Shown piece by piece: positions 7,893-17,720 of a DNA stretch of 64,000 bases. The notes under the pieces were generated by a model. The model was not told the DNA's origin, ran no database searches, and was given only the letters and a program-made list of their open reading frames with translations. Each line of letters starts with the position of its first letter. The stretch's first letter is position 1. A program made the position numbers and the translations under genes. Source of the stretch: a virus (taxonomy: Duplodnaviria > Caudoviricetes). Where the stretch lies: IMG/VR virus record IMGVR_UViG_3300027759_000043; one strand, written 5' to 3'.

Positions 7893-8181
7893 TGAATTTC
7901 TTGAGCAATGGGATCATATAATTTCTGGCGTAGACAAAACTGAAGTTCCGTTAGAGTGCATTAACAAAATTGTTATTCGCTTGCAAGGTGGTCGTCAAAA
8001 GACCATCAACCTTGCTCGACTCAAACGTGATGGTTTTGATCTTGAAGAAATTGAATCGTATCTCACTAGAAACCTTGTTGAACTTGGAGATATGGTGCGC
8101 GACATAGACTTCTTGGTAGATGTCAACGCTGTGGCTCGCCTGGTACAACCAGAAACCGATAAACTTTTAAAAGATCTATGA
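7879..8181 (+). CDS. hypothetical protein
   Basis: Coupled between neighbours; start adjusted to MQLSDEF. Confidence 0.65.
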   Translation: MQLSDEFLEQWDHIISGVDKTEVPLECINKIVIRLQGGRQKTINLARLKRDGFDLEEIESYLTRNLVELGDMVRDIDFLVDVNAVARLVQPETDKLLKDL

Positions 8182-8849
8182 ATGTCCGACTTGTCTCGTA
8201 TTCACAACCAACACTTGAGTTCGCAAATCTTGGCATATCAGACGCCCAAGAACTCATTGCCTATTGCGCTAGAGTCTCAAACCCTTCAAACCAATTCAAC
8301 AATGAAACAAGCGAACGACTCATCCGATACCTCGTTAAACACCAACACTGGAGCCCACTCGAAATGGTCAGTGCTTGCATGGAAATTACGACAACACGAG
8401 ATATTGCACGGCAAATCCTCAGACACAGAAGTTTCAGTTTCCAAGAGTTCTCTCAACGATATGCTGACCCGACAAAAGATCTTGAGTTTGTTACCCGCAG
8501 TGGACGACTCCAAGACCCACAAAATCGACAGAACAGTATAGAGCATGACGACCACTTGTTGGAAAACGAGTGGTATCGTGCGCAACAAAGAGTTATCTAT
8601 GCGGCTCAACGTGAATACGAATGGGCTATCAAGAACGGTATTGCCAAAGAACAGGCCCGTGCTGTGCTACCCGAAGGCCTAATTCAAAGTCGCATCTACA
8701 TGAATGGTACACTACGTAGTTGGATTCACTTCGTTGAGTTGAGAAGTGCCAACGGCACACAATTAGAGCATCAACAGGTGGCTGTGGCCTGTGCTCAAGC
8801 CATTGCCGCAATCTTCCCAATGGCTACCGATCTAGTTGCAAAAACTTGA
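8178..8849 (+). CDS. thyX: flavin-dependent thymidylate synthase
   Basis: RQILRHRSFSFQEFSQRY ThyX signature, HWSPLE, ARAVLP. Confidence 0.95.
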   Translation: MNVRLVSYSQPTLEFANLGISDAQELIAYCARVSNPSNQFNNETSERLIRYLVKHQHWSPLEMVSACMEITTTRDIARQILRHRSFSFQEFSQRYADPTKDLEFVTRSGRLQDPQNRQNSIEHDDHLLENEWYRAQQRVIYAAQREYEWAIKNGIAKEQARAVLPEGLIQSRIYMNGTLRSWIHFVELRSANGTQLEHQQVAVACAQAIAAIFPMATDLVAKT

Positions 8850-8864
8850 TCCATCTGCTATACT
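8836..8864 (+). promoter_or_regulatory. sigma70 promoter (likely leaderless transcript)
   Basis: TTGCAA, 17-bp spacer, TGc-TATACT; ATG 5 nt downstream. Confidence 0.7.
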
Positions 8865-8869
8865 AATGT

Positions 8870-9202
8870 ATGGCTATTACTAACTATCAGCCCACACATT
8901 CCGATCTATCCAAACCCCGCGAAGTCAAAGTAATTGATGGTGTTGCAATTGCATATAGCGATGTGGTTGTGCATCACTTCCCTATGGGCGATGTAGAGGA
9001 TCCGGACTTGTATGCGGCACAACCTTTATATGAATGGCAACAGAGCGAAGTGGGCGCATGGGTAATGGCTCATGCTGTGGAGCCTCCTTTTTGGACCAGA
9101 CAACCAGACATGGACTCATACGGGTATCGCTATTATATTGTGGCTAGATTGAAAGAAGCAGATCAAACTTATTTTAAATTAAAGTGGAGTAATATCAAAT
9201 GA
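8870..9202 (+). CDS. hypothetical phage protein
   Basis: 110 aa; GDVEDPDLYAA...FKLKW; ATGA-coupled to the epimerase. Confidence 0.7.
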   Translation: MAITNYQPTHSDLSKPREVKVIDGVAIAYSDVVVHHFPMGDVEDPDLYAAQPLYEWQQSEVGAWVMAHAVEPPFWTRQPDMDSYGYRYYIVARLKEADQTYFKLKWSNIK

Positions 9203-10167
9203 AATTTTTAGTAACAGGCGGCTTGGGTCTTATTGGACACAACGTAGTCCAACGACTACAAAAACGCGGCGAAGATGTTGTGATTGTAGATAACCGCACC
9301 ACGTATGGTATCGTACCACAAGACGAACTAGATTACTTGATGGCAGAACGTTGGAAAAAGATTGACCCAACAGATGTATACTATACAGATATTGCTGATG
9401 GTGCCAAGTTTGATCAAATTGTAAAGAATCACAAACCCGAAGTGATCATACACATGGCGAGTTTTCCTAGACAGAAAGTTGTTAATTCCAACCCTGCGGC
9501 TGGCGCCAGGATTATGATGGAAGGCTTGATGAACATTTGTGAGAGTGCCAAAAAGCACGGTGTTGAGCGTGTGGTATATATAAGTTCGAGCATGGTGTAC
9601 GGGGACTTTGAAGACCAAGTGGAGGAAGAAGCAGAGTGCAAGCCCATTGGCCAATACGGCATCATGAAACTGGCAGGAGAAGACATTGTCCGAGACTACC
9701 ATAGACGCGGCGCTTTTGATTACGCTATTGTTCGCCCTAGTGCTGTGTATGGCCCACTTGATGTGGAGGACCGGGTGGTTGCAAAGTTTATGCTCCAGGC
9801 CATGCGTGGTGAGGTTCTCCGAGTTAACGGAGCCTCGGAAACACTTGACTTCACGTATGTTGATGATGCGGCAGATGGTATTGTTGCGGCGGCCACAAGA
9901 ATTATGGCGGCAAATCGTACATATAATATTACCCGATCACATTCGGTAAGTTTGCTAGAAGCCGCCGAAATGATTGTGAAGATTGTGGGTAAGGGTACTA
10001 TTGAGTGTCGTGATAGAGATGCAGACTTCCCCACACGTGGTGCATTGTGTATTGATCGCGCACGAGTGATCCTGGGCTTTGATCCCCGAGTAGACGTTGA
10101 AGAAGGATTCCAAAATTACTACAACTGGCTTAACAATTCCGTTTACTGGTCTAAGAAAACAGTATAA
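9199..10167 (+). CDS. NAD-dependent NDP-sugar epimerase/dehydratase (extended SDR)
   Basis: GGLGLIG Rossmann motif, ISSSMVYG, YGIMK (YxxxK), DFTYVDD. Confidence 0.92.
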   Translation: MKFLVTGGLGLIGHNVVQRLQKRGEDVVIVDNRTTYGIVPQDELDYLMAERWKKIDPTDVYYTDIADGAKFDQIVKNHKPEVIIHMASFPRQKVVNSNPAAGARIMMEGLMNICESAKKHGVERVVYISSSMVYGDFEDQVEEEAECKPIGQYGIMKLAGEDIVRDYHRRGAFDYAIVRPSAVYGPLDVEDRVVAKFMLQAMRGEVLRVNGASETLDFTYVDDAADGIVAAATRIMAANRTYNITRSHSVSLLEAAEMIVKIVGKGTIECRDRDADFPTRGALCIDRARVILGFDPRVDVEEGFQNYYNWLNNSVYWSKKTV

Positions 10168-11212
10168 TAATCTCCGCACAGAAATCCTGGACGCCACAGA
10201 TGAAGTGTTGCGTTCGGGTATTCTCATGGGCGGTAACTATACTGCTGAGTTTGAAAACTGGCTGGCCCAAAAGAATCATGTGAGTTATGCTGTGACTTGC
10301 CACTCAGGCACACAAGCACTTGAGATATTGGCTGGTTTCTACCGCGATATGGACTTGGCGTTTATTAAGCCTCCCACAGTGATTGTGCCAGCACTAACGT
10401 ATCCGGCCACTGCTAATGCTTTCCTACGAGCAGGTTGGTCGGTCATAATTGGGGACACTGACTACTACGGTCAGATTGATGTGAGAAAAATGATCAATGA
10501 CTTGGACACACACTATCATGCTGTGTGTGCTGTTGGCCTGTATGGTGCGGCCCTACGTGACATGCGGCCAGTCGAAAGTCGTGCTTTGTTAATTGAAGAT
10601 GCGGCTCAGCACTGGTTAAGCGACGGGTGTAAGAGACAAGGTAGTGCCACTGCTATCAGTTTTGATCCCACAAAGAACTTGGCCAACTATGGCAATGGTG
10701 GTGCCATAGTGTCAGATGATCGTAATCTCTTGGACTATGCAAGAAACTGGGTCAACAATGGCAAGCATACTAGACACGCTGAAACTGGCACAAACTCAAG
10801 AATGAGTGAAACAGATTGTGCTCAGATGATGATCAAGACACGTTATATTGATGCTTGGCAAAAACGACGGGCTGAGATTGCCAATCACTGGATCGAACGA
10901 TTAAAGAACACAGGCATACGTACCCTAATAGATGATACCAACTTTTCAACGCATTGTTATCATAAGTTTGTAATTGAAGTGGATGCCAGAGATATTGTGC
11001 AACGTAATCTTGCCATACGCAAGATCGAAACCAAGGTACACTATGCTGAACCCTTGCACGAACTGCTTGCATACAGAAGTCTTGCTGGTCCTGACTTGTT
11101 GAGTCCGGCAAGTGCGCTGAGTCGGCGTTGTCTAAGTCTTCCTATCTACCCTGAGTTGTCAGACTTGGAAGTAGAATACATTATTGATCAGTTGTTAGAT
11201 TGTGTCAACTAA
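10097..11212 (+). CDS. DegT/DnrJ/EryC1/StrS PLP-dependent sugar aminotransferase (start uncertain: TTG 10097 or ATT 10115)
   Basis: SGTQAL, IEDAAQ, SFDPTKNL catalytic Lys motif, GTNSRMSE, LSLPIYPEL. Confidence 0.9.
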   Translation: MKKDSKITTTGLTIPFTGLRKQYNNLRTEILDATDEVLRSGILMGGNYTAEFENWLAQKNHVSYAVTCHSGTQALEILAGFYRDMDLAFIKPPTVIVPALTYPATANAFLRAGWSVIIGDTDYYGQIDVRKMINDLDTHYHAVCAVGLYGAALRDMRPVESRALLIEDAAQHWLSDGCKRQGSATAISFDPTKNLANYGNGGAIVSDDRNLLDYARNWVNNGKHTRHAETGTNSRMSETDCAQMMIKTRYIDAWQKRRAEIANHWIERLKNTGIRTLIDDTNFSTHCYHKFVIEVDARDIVQRNLAIRKIETKVHYAEPLHELLAYRSLAGPDLLSPASALSRRCLSLPIYPELSDLEVEYIIDQLLDCVN

Positions 11213-12025
11213 ATGATTAAAATTGATTTTCACGGCAGTACCCACGGGCATTTTTTAGAATATGTTGCCAACGTTTATATTATGCAAACTGTGGCAAGTC
11301 AGGCCAGCATATTTAAACCACCCACTTATTCAGCACATGCACCAGATCAAAATTATCTAGAAAATCGTATGATCAGGTGTGGACATTACTCAGATACAAA
11401 TTATCCCCAGTATGAAATCAATAACGATGATCAAGTAATTCGAATAATAATTGATACAAATAGTGACAATATGTTTTTTGTGTCACTGACTAATTTGATG
11501 TTTAAAGCAGGTGACGTGGGTCTTGAAAAACAACTATTATCTATACCTGAGCATGTAAGAAAAAACAAAGTTGAATATAGGAATAATTGGTACAGCAAAT
11601 TTAATGAGAGAGATACATACGTAAATCATTATACTAATTTTATACCGCTCACTAATCCTGTATTTAATTTTCACTTTGAATCATTTTTTTCCTTCAAAGA
11701 TTTTTGCACAGAGTTAGAACAACTGGCTATGTTTCTCAATCAAACATTTTTTCCTGATGCTTCCTTGTACAATCTTTGGTCAGAATTTATAAGTTATAAT
11801 CAAGGTTGGCAGTCGCATATCAAATGTAATCAACTGTTAGAAAATATGTTTGCTGGAAAGTCTACTAATATAGACTGTACTGTGATTGAAGAAGGATGGA
11901 TAAATTACAATTTATCCAAGACCTGCAGAATGTATGGAGGTCAAATGTTTGAGCAGGAAGAATACCCAACAAACACAGAATTAGCATACAAAATTATTCA
12001 GGATCACCTTAGTACTTTGAGATAA
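11213..12025 (+). CDS. hypothetical protein, possibly sulfotransferase-like
   Basis: AT-rich 270-aa ORF; N-terminal DFHGSTHGHFL loop loosely resembles a P-loop/PSB region. Confidence 0.55.
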   Translation: MIKIDFHGSTHGHFLEYVANVYIMQTVASQASIFKPPTYSAHAPDQNYLENRMIRCGHYSDTNYPQYEINNDDQVIRIIIDTNSDNMFFVSLTNLMFKAGDVGLEKQLLSIPEHVRKNKVEYRNNWYSKFNERDTYVNHYTNFIPLTNPVFNFHFESFFSFKDFCTELEQLAMFLNQTFFPDASLYNLWSEFISYNQGWQSHIKCNQLLENMFAGKSTNIDCTVIEEGWINYNLSKTCRMYGGQMFEQEEYPTNTELAYKIIQDHLSTLR

Positions 12026-12030
12026 AATTA

Positions 12031-13839
12031 TCAATCAGTTGTTAGAGATCGTTTGATAAACGCATACGTGGCCAGCCAACTCCACTCATAACTCTTTTTA
12101 AGGGCCTCAAAATCCCCACCAACTTCTTCGTAATATTCAACAGCATCTTGAGCGCCTTTAGAACTCCACTGGCCTGCACCGTGGTCTACTTTGAGCCAGG
12201 CATTTAATCTGTATTCGTTTTCTACGTCAGGTAAACTGGCCCGCAATTTTAAACATTCTCTAAATGCTGTGCGCCAGGCAACCCAGTTTGAGGTGTAGTA
12301 TATGGCTTCGCCTGACAGTACAGGTACTACTTCGTGCGGTTGATCTAGTGTAAAGTCCAAGCCTGTGCCTGTATTCTCCAGCACTAATTTCTTGTTGTAA
12401 GCAATCATGCCTTGATGACCGTATTCAAGATCGTTGATGGTGTTTTTTGCGTGAAAGATATAGTGCTTGGCCTGTTGCATACGGTCAGGTTGCCAGGACC
12501 AATCAAAGTGTTGATTCACTCGCAATTTAGCAAACACAGCAAAGAACCAAGGCGTGGTGCTCATTCGGGCCGCGGCATGATAGGCCGCCACACGACCTGT
12601 TACTCCATCCGACCAGTGTATGCGATTGGGCACATGTCTAGCCACAGTTTCCAACCAACTGTATAATTCAATGGCATCTTTCTCACCGTTGCTGATAAAC
12701 ACAATGTCTAGGGACTGATCTTTTAATACACGAAGCGTTTTGTCTATGTAGGCGTAATCGTACAACTGTGTCTTTATCTCACCCACTGCGGCACGGGGCA
12801 CAATCACGCTGGCTGCCCCTGTACTTAACGGCACAATAGTTTTGGTTTCTTGACGCCATAGCGGAACTGTGGCCAAGTTTTCATGCACGTAATCTGTTGT
12901 GGTATACACAGCAAGTGGCCCATCAAACGGCAATGCTCGAACTGCTTCGGCTTGACTGTCATAGTTGTGTTCCACAACAGGCATAGGTCTACGTGGCACG
13001 CTGGTTGCAACAAAGTTACAGTCATACCATTCCAACAAAGCCGCACGTTCAGCACGGTGAGCAAATGTAGGCACATGCATGAAGAATGTATCACCAAACT
13101 TTTCTCCATCTGACGCAAATACATGTAGCATACTGGCTTGCCATTGCTCAGGATGCCAAGAGAAATCAAAGTTGCTGTAGTCACAAATGCTAGAACAAAT
13201 CCACACAAACTCGTGTTCATCACCTATGCTCTTGGCCAAGCGGATCAAGGTATCCTTGTAATTGTCAAAGTAACGCACACGTCGTGTGGTGTTAGCAATA
13301 TTACCGGCCGCACCATCCATATGATCAATTTCGTATATGGCTGTGGCCACTCTGCTGGTTGTCACACGTATTTGATCTACAAACTTTAGATCGACAGCAC
13401 CGGGCACATGATACTGTGGACCTCCTGTGCGTTGATGTTGTGTACCAAATTGATATATGTAGGGTGGCTCTGTAGAATCTGGGTGCCAACTCCAATCAAA
13501 ACTGTTAGTATCAATTCCTTTAGGAACTTTCCAACAATCTTTTTCTTTGTGTATGCGATTTACTATTGGTGCGGTATGATAATTAGTATCAGTATAGCCT
13601 TCTCTAGGCACAAGATATATGCCTGAATCTTTTTGCCATTGACTGGCCCAAGCATGACGTTGATGTGCTTGCCACGGCACCGGTTCCCAAAGAAAATCCC
13701 AGTCACTGAGATCCGCTAAGTATGTGACCCACCAAAAATACCTAGTACGGCATTGTTGTTGGGATTGTTCAATTGATTCTACCAACCGCTCGTGCGGAAA
13801 TAAACAAGGCTTAGTGCCAGTATAAAATATATCAAACAT
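12031..13839 (-). CDS. Trp-rich repeat protein with C-terminal GT-A-like domain
   Basis: Repeated (F/W)D(F/W)xWxP motifs; C-terminal DIVFISNGE...GVTGRVAAYHAAA...AWRTAFRECLKL, paralogous to 30352..31278. Confidence 0.7.
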   Translation of the reverse strand: MFDIFYTGTKPCLFPHERLVESIEQSQQQCRTRYFWWVTYLADLSDWDFLWEPVPWQAHQRHAWASQWQKDSGIYLVPREGYTDTNYHTAPIVNRIHKEKDCWKVPKGIDTNSFDWSWHPDSTEPPYIYQFGTQHQRTGGPQYHVPGAVDLKFVDQIRVTTSRVATAIYEIDHMDGAAGNIANTTRRVRYFDNYKDTLIRLAKSIGDEHEFVWICSSICDYSNFDFSWHPEQWQASMLHVFASDGEKFGDTFFMHVPTFAHRAERAALLEWYDCNFVATSVPRRPMPVVEHNYDSQAEAVRALPFDGPLAVYTTTDYVHENLATVPLWRQETKTIVPLSTGAASVIVPRAAVGEIKTQLYDYAYIDKTLRVLKDQSLDIVFISNGEKDAIELYSWLETVARHVPNRIHWSDGVTGRVAAYHAAARMSTTPWFFAVFAKLRVNQHFDWSWQPDRMQQAKHYIFHAKNTINDLEYGHQGMIAYNKKLVLENTGTGLDFTLDQPHEVVPVLSGEAIYYTSNWVAWRTAFRECLKLRASLPDVENEYRLNAWLKVDHGAGQWSSKGAQDAVEYYEEVGGDFEALKKSYEWSWLATYAFIKRSLTTD

Positions 13840-14992
13840 GATCAGAATAGACGAAATTTACGAAAATACATTTTTACCTTGGGTAAGAAAAAACTGCCCC
13901 GACACTGCAATATTTTACTGCGATCCATTTGGGCGTAGCGATCATGATAGTATCCTGTGCAGAGGCTTGCCAGACGGTGGAGAGAAAAATAGCATATTCT
14001 TTTTTGATCAAGAGCCTGTACAACTTAGTATTCATTTACCTACTTTTCAGTCTTTCAATTTGAGAAATGTACAAGGTATTAAAGAAAAAAAATTTGTAGT
14101 AACCAGCGAAACCAACAGTGACAATGTAGATTATATATGCAAAGCGTTTGAATTGCAACCTTTTTATTATTTCTTTCACGGCTGGGCCGCACTAGACTGG
14201 TATCGAGGGTACGATCGAACCTTTTTAATAACTCCCCCTGAACAACGGCATATTAAGAAAACTTTCTTCAGTGCCAATCGAATTATTGGAGGCGAACGTA
14301 GTCATCGGGTGGTTCAATTGTATCATTTTAAATTGTTTGATCTGATGCATAATCATATCAGTGCGCCACTAATATGTCCGGTGGAAAATCAACATATCGC
14401 TGATATTGCTGACTTCTATAAACATAGGTATCCTGAAAATTATCCAATCAGAGGGACAGATTATAGAGGCGGCATAATAGAAATAATTGCCCAAATGGAT
14501 TTGCCAAAATTATTTCCTGGGGAAGATACTCAACGTATGAGTAGTTGTTGGCTGGATCAATTTGAATTATGTGCAGAGAGTCTTATATATCATGTAAGTG
14601 AAACAATATTTTTTGGACGTAGACAACATCTAACTGAGAAAACTTTTAAACCCATAGCACTAGGTATGCCTTTTGTATTGAGTGCCCCTGCAGGTAGTCT
14701 AGCATATCTTCAACAATATGGTTTCAAAACGTTTGACACTATTTGGGATGAGCATTACGACACTGTAAAAGATGATAGTCTTCGAATTGGAATTCTAACT
14801 CGATTGTTAAAAAAAATAGATCAACAAAGTGAACAAGAAAAAAACGAAATGTTTAAAAAATGCATTCCAATTATAGAGCATAACTGGAATCACTTTTATC
14901 ATGGTGGATTTGAAAAAATCTTGTGGGCAGAATTGACTGCAATGCTAGACAATCTTAAGGTAGCCGTACAAGGTGATTTATCTAGCCATTGA
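13838..14992 (+). CDS. TEK-family putative glycosyltransferase (GT10/GT-B-like), paralogue 1
   Basis: HLTEKTFKPIALGMPF...YGFKTFDTIWDEHYD. Confidence 0.55.
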   Translation: MIRIDEIYENTFLPWVRKNCPDTAIFYCDPFGRSDHDSILCRGLPDGGEKNSIFFFDQEPVQLSIHLPTFQSFNLRNVQGIKEKKFVVTSETNSDNVDYICKAFELQPFYYFFHGWAALDWYRGYDRTFLITPPEQRHIKKTFFSANRIIGGERSHRVVQLYHFKLFDLMHNHISAPLICPVENQHIADIADFYKHRYPENYPIRGTDYRGGIIEIIAQMDLPKLFPGEDTQRMSSCWLDQFELCAESLIYHVSETIFFGRRQHLTEKTFKPIALGMPFVLSAPAGSLAYLQQYGFKTFDTIWDEHYDTVKDDSLRIGILTRLLKKIDQQSEQEKNEMFKKCIPIIEHNWNHFYHGGFEKILWAELTAMLDNLKVAVQGDLSSH

Positions 14993-16160
14993 TCATAGAG
15001 ATCCTGCGACAGGTAGGCCCATGCCCAATGGTATTCCATTGAGCCAACATCATTTGATCGAACTCATGGATGGTTATAGACTAGACTATCCTAGAATCAT
15101 ATATTACCTGCATCAGTGTCAGATTCCTATGAAAATAGTTTCAACAGTTGATGCACCTGCAGGTGCTTGGTACCCTGTTGTACTTGGATGGTTTGATTTT
15201 TCAGCAGACTATCTTGCCATGATTGATACTGCCGCATACAAGTATATCAAACAAAAACAAATGAAGTTGATATTTACGTATCATGAAGGTGATAATCCTG
15301 CTTGTATACGAGAACGTATCAATCATTTGTGTGCTGACCATGCAATAGATCCTGAACAGGTATGGTTGATAAGTGGTAACACATCGGCTGATCTTGTGCC
15401 CGGTTGTGTGTACTGGCCTGAGTTAGAATTTATGTATTGGCGCACCGTGGATCGATCAGCAGGTGCCCGGTATCATCTGCGCCCAAGAAGTCGAGCGTTT
15501 ACTGGCCTATGTAGAATAGACAAACTGTGGCGCAAAGTATTCATGAGCGAACTATGGGCCGATGATTTACATAAAAATGGATATTTTAGTTACAATCAAC
15601 ATCTATTAGGCGGTGAGGATGACTATTTTGGTTGTGCGTTGAACAACAGTTATTTGTCTAACAAACAATCGCAAGTTGACCAATTTATCGCCGCAGGACC
15701 ATTTCGTGTGGACCAACTAAACACAGACTCTCATAACAACTATGCGGCCAATATGACCAACCTCTATGAGGACAGTTATTTCAATATTGTGTTGGAAACC
15801 ATGATTGATGTGGACGATTCAGGTGGGGAGTTTCTGACAGAAAAAACATTCAAGCCTATATTCAACAATCAATTTTTTATCACGGTTAGCGGCGCCAATC
15901 ATATGGCACATCTACGTGAACTAGGGTATCAATCTTTTGGTCTTGTGATAGATGAACACTATGACACAATAGAAAACAATCAAGAGCGATTTGAAGCGGT
16001 GCTGGCGCTTACTAAAGATTTGTGTGCTAGACCATTGACAGAGTTGCACTCGATCTATCAGCAGTTACAACCGGAAATCACACACAACCATCAAGTATTT
16101 GTAGCAGGTATGGGTCACCGACTACAAGCAGTGGTTGATCGCATCAACTGCAAACCTTAA
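14973..16160 (+). CDS. TEK-family putative glycosyltransferase, paralogue 2
   Basis: FLTEKTFKPIFNNQFF...LGYQSFGLVIDEHYD. Confidence 0.55.
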   Translation: MIYLAIDHRDPATGRPMPNGIPLSQHHLIELMDGYRLDYPRIIYYLHQCQIPMKIVSTVDAPAGAWYPVVLGWFDFSADYLAMIDTAAYKYIKQKQMKLIFTYHEGDNPACIRERINHLCADHAIDPEQVWLISGNTSADLVPGCVYWPELEFMYWRTVDRSAGARYHLRPRSRAFTGLCRIDKLWRKVFMSELWADDLHKNGYFSYNQHLLGGEDDYFGCALNNSYLSNKQSQVDQFIAAGPFRVDQLNTDSHNNYAANMTNLYEDSYFNIVLETMIDVDDSGGEFLTEKTFKPIFNNQFFITVSGANHMAHLRELGYQSFGLVIDEHYDTIENNQERFEAVLALTKDLCARPLTELHSIYQQLQPEITHNHQVFVAGMGHRLQAVVDRINCKP

Positions 16161-17622
16161 CACTATACAACTGCTCAAAACGATCTGCATCTGCACGATC
16201 ATTCACCATGGGTTCGCCACGTATGTTAAGACTGGTGTTCAACAACATAGGGCATCCTGTTAACACGTACCATTTCTCTAGTAGTTCTCTTATGCCCGAA
16301 CCGTCCCGCGCCACAGTCTGTACTCGGCTGGTACCATCAACATGACATATAGCAGGAGTAAGGTCAGGCTGGCGACACCTAGCGACTGACTGCATATAAG
16401 GACTATGATGCCAACCCACTGGCATATCAAAATAGTCATGAACCACCTCAGCCAATATAACCGGGGCAAAAGGCCTAAACTGTTGTCTACGTTTGATTTC
16501 ATTCACTTTCTCCTTGATCTCGCTGCCTCTAGGGTCTGCAAGGAGGCTACGGTTTCCCAGTGCGCGGGGGCCGAACTCGGCTCTTCCTGATGCCACTCCG
16601 ACAATTTTGTCACTAACAAGCCGATCCAACAACTGGTTAACAGGATAAACACCTGGAATGCAATGGCCGAGATAACTGTCCCGCCAGTTAATTCTACTCC
16701 CAAGAGCCAAAGCGGCAGCACCGAGACTGCTACCAGCATCACCGGGGCAAGGCATAATCCAGATTTTGTCAAAGTAATCTCCTAACATGCGGTTGGCTGT
16801 GCAATTTAGTGCCACCCCACCCATATATACCAGATTTGAACTAAAACCTGTGTTTCTGGCACGAATCATTACTTGTCGAATAAGATCCTCTGCTACCAGT
16901 TGCCCAGAGGCCGCAATGTTTTCATTGCTGGCGCCCTTTAAGAAATCCTCACTCATTCCTGTGTGAAAGTTTTGCTTTAGTTCAATATCACGATCGTTTG
17001 CAATCACATGTGAACGCATGTCATGATACCACGTGTTACGACCCCAGGCAGCCATGCCCATAGTGATGTATTCTTCGTCTAGTGGGTGTAGGCCAATACG
17101 CTGGGTGACTGCACTGTAAAATAACCCAATGCTGTGTGGATAAACCTGTCTCCACAATCTCTTGTACCGGGCCTGGCCTTTTGAATCATATTCTGCACCC
17201 CATATACTAATAGTATCCCATTCACCAATTGCATCTATTACCACTACTGTGGCACGTTCAAAAGGTGACGTTTGAAAACCCCCTGCCGCATGCGATAAAT
17301 GATGATTATAACTATGCACCTTTGTGGGTTCAATTTGTCTACCCAGTTGTTTCTTTAATATCTGCTGGGTGGTGAGTTTGTCCCATTCAATACCTTGACC
17401 TGCGTACCATTGTCGTGCTTGTTTTGCCCAAGGGCGTTCATAGTAAGCAACCACTTCAGGACCATATGCAAGAACTTCGTCTAGCAGACCTTGACAAAAG
17501 TCTGCATCATTTTTCTTTTTGCTATAACGCTCTGAATGGCCGGCAAACAATATCTCCCCGTCAAGGCTTATGACTGTTGCAGCCGCATCATGAAAGCCAG
17601 CAGAGATGCCCAGGATGTTCAT
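16144..17622 (-). CDS. carbamoyltransferase, NodU/CmcH/TobZ family
   Basis: GISAGFHDAAA, HHLSHAA, IDAIGE, MGMAAW, GDAGSSLGAA, EFGPRALGNRS, RPFAP, LLNTSLN. Confidence 0.93.
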   Translation of the reverse strand: MNILGISAGFHDAAATVISLDGEILFAGHSERYSKKKNDADFCQGLLDEVLAYGPEVVAYYERPWAKQARQWYAGQGIEWDKLTTQQILKKQLGRQIEPTKVHSYNHHLSHAAGGFQTSPFERATVVVIDAIGEWDTISIWGAEYDSKGQARYKRLWRQVYPHSIGLFYSAVTQRIGLHPLDEEYITMGMAAWGRNTWYHDMRSHVIANDRDIELKQNFHTGMSEDFLKGASNENIAASGQLVAEDLIRQVMIRARNTGFSSNLVYMGGVALNCTANRMLGDYFDKIWIMPCPGDAGSSLGAAALALGSRINWRDSYLGHCIPGVYPVNQLLDRLVSDKIVGVASGRAEFGPRALGNRSLLADPRGSEIKEKVNEIKRRQQFRPFAPVILAEVVHDYFDMPVGWHHSPYMQSVARCRQPDLTPAICHVDGTSRVQTVARDGSGIRELLEKWYVLTGCPMLLNTSLNIRGEPMVNDRADADRFEQLYSVKVCS

Positions 17623-17720
17623 TTGTAGATAAATGGATCTCGCTTGCGTAGTTCTTTTAATTTTTTACGATAACGAATTTCTAATGTAATTCTTGCCCAA
17701 AGTCTTTTAAACCAATTCAT
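17619..17720 (-). CDS. 33-aa basic micro-protein (absent from ORF track)
   Basis: MNWFKRLWARITLEIRYRKKLKELRKRDPFIYK*; ATGA overlaps at both ends. Confidence 0.75.
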   Translation of the reverse strand: MNWFKRLWARITLEIRYRKKLKELRKRDPFIYK

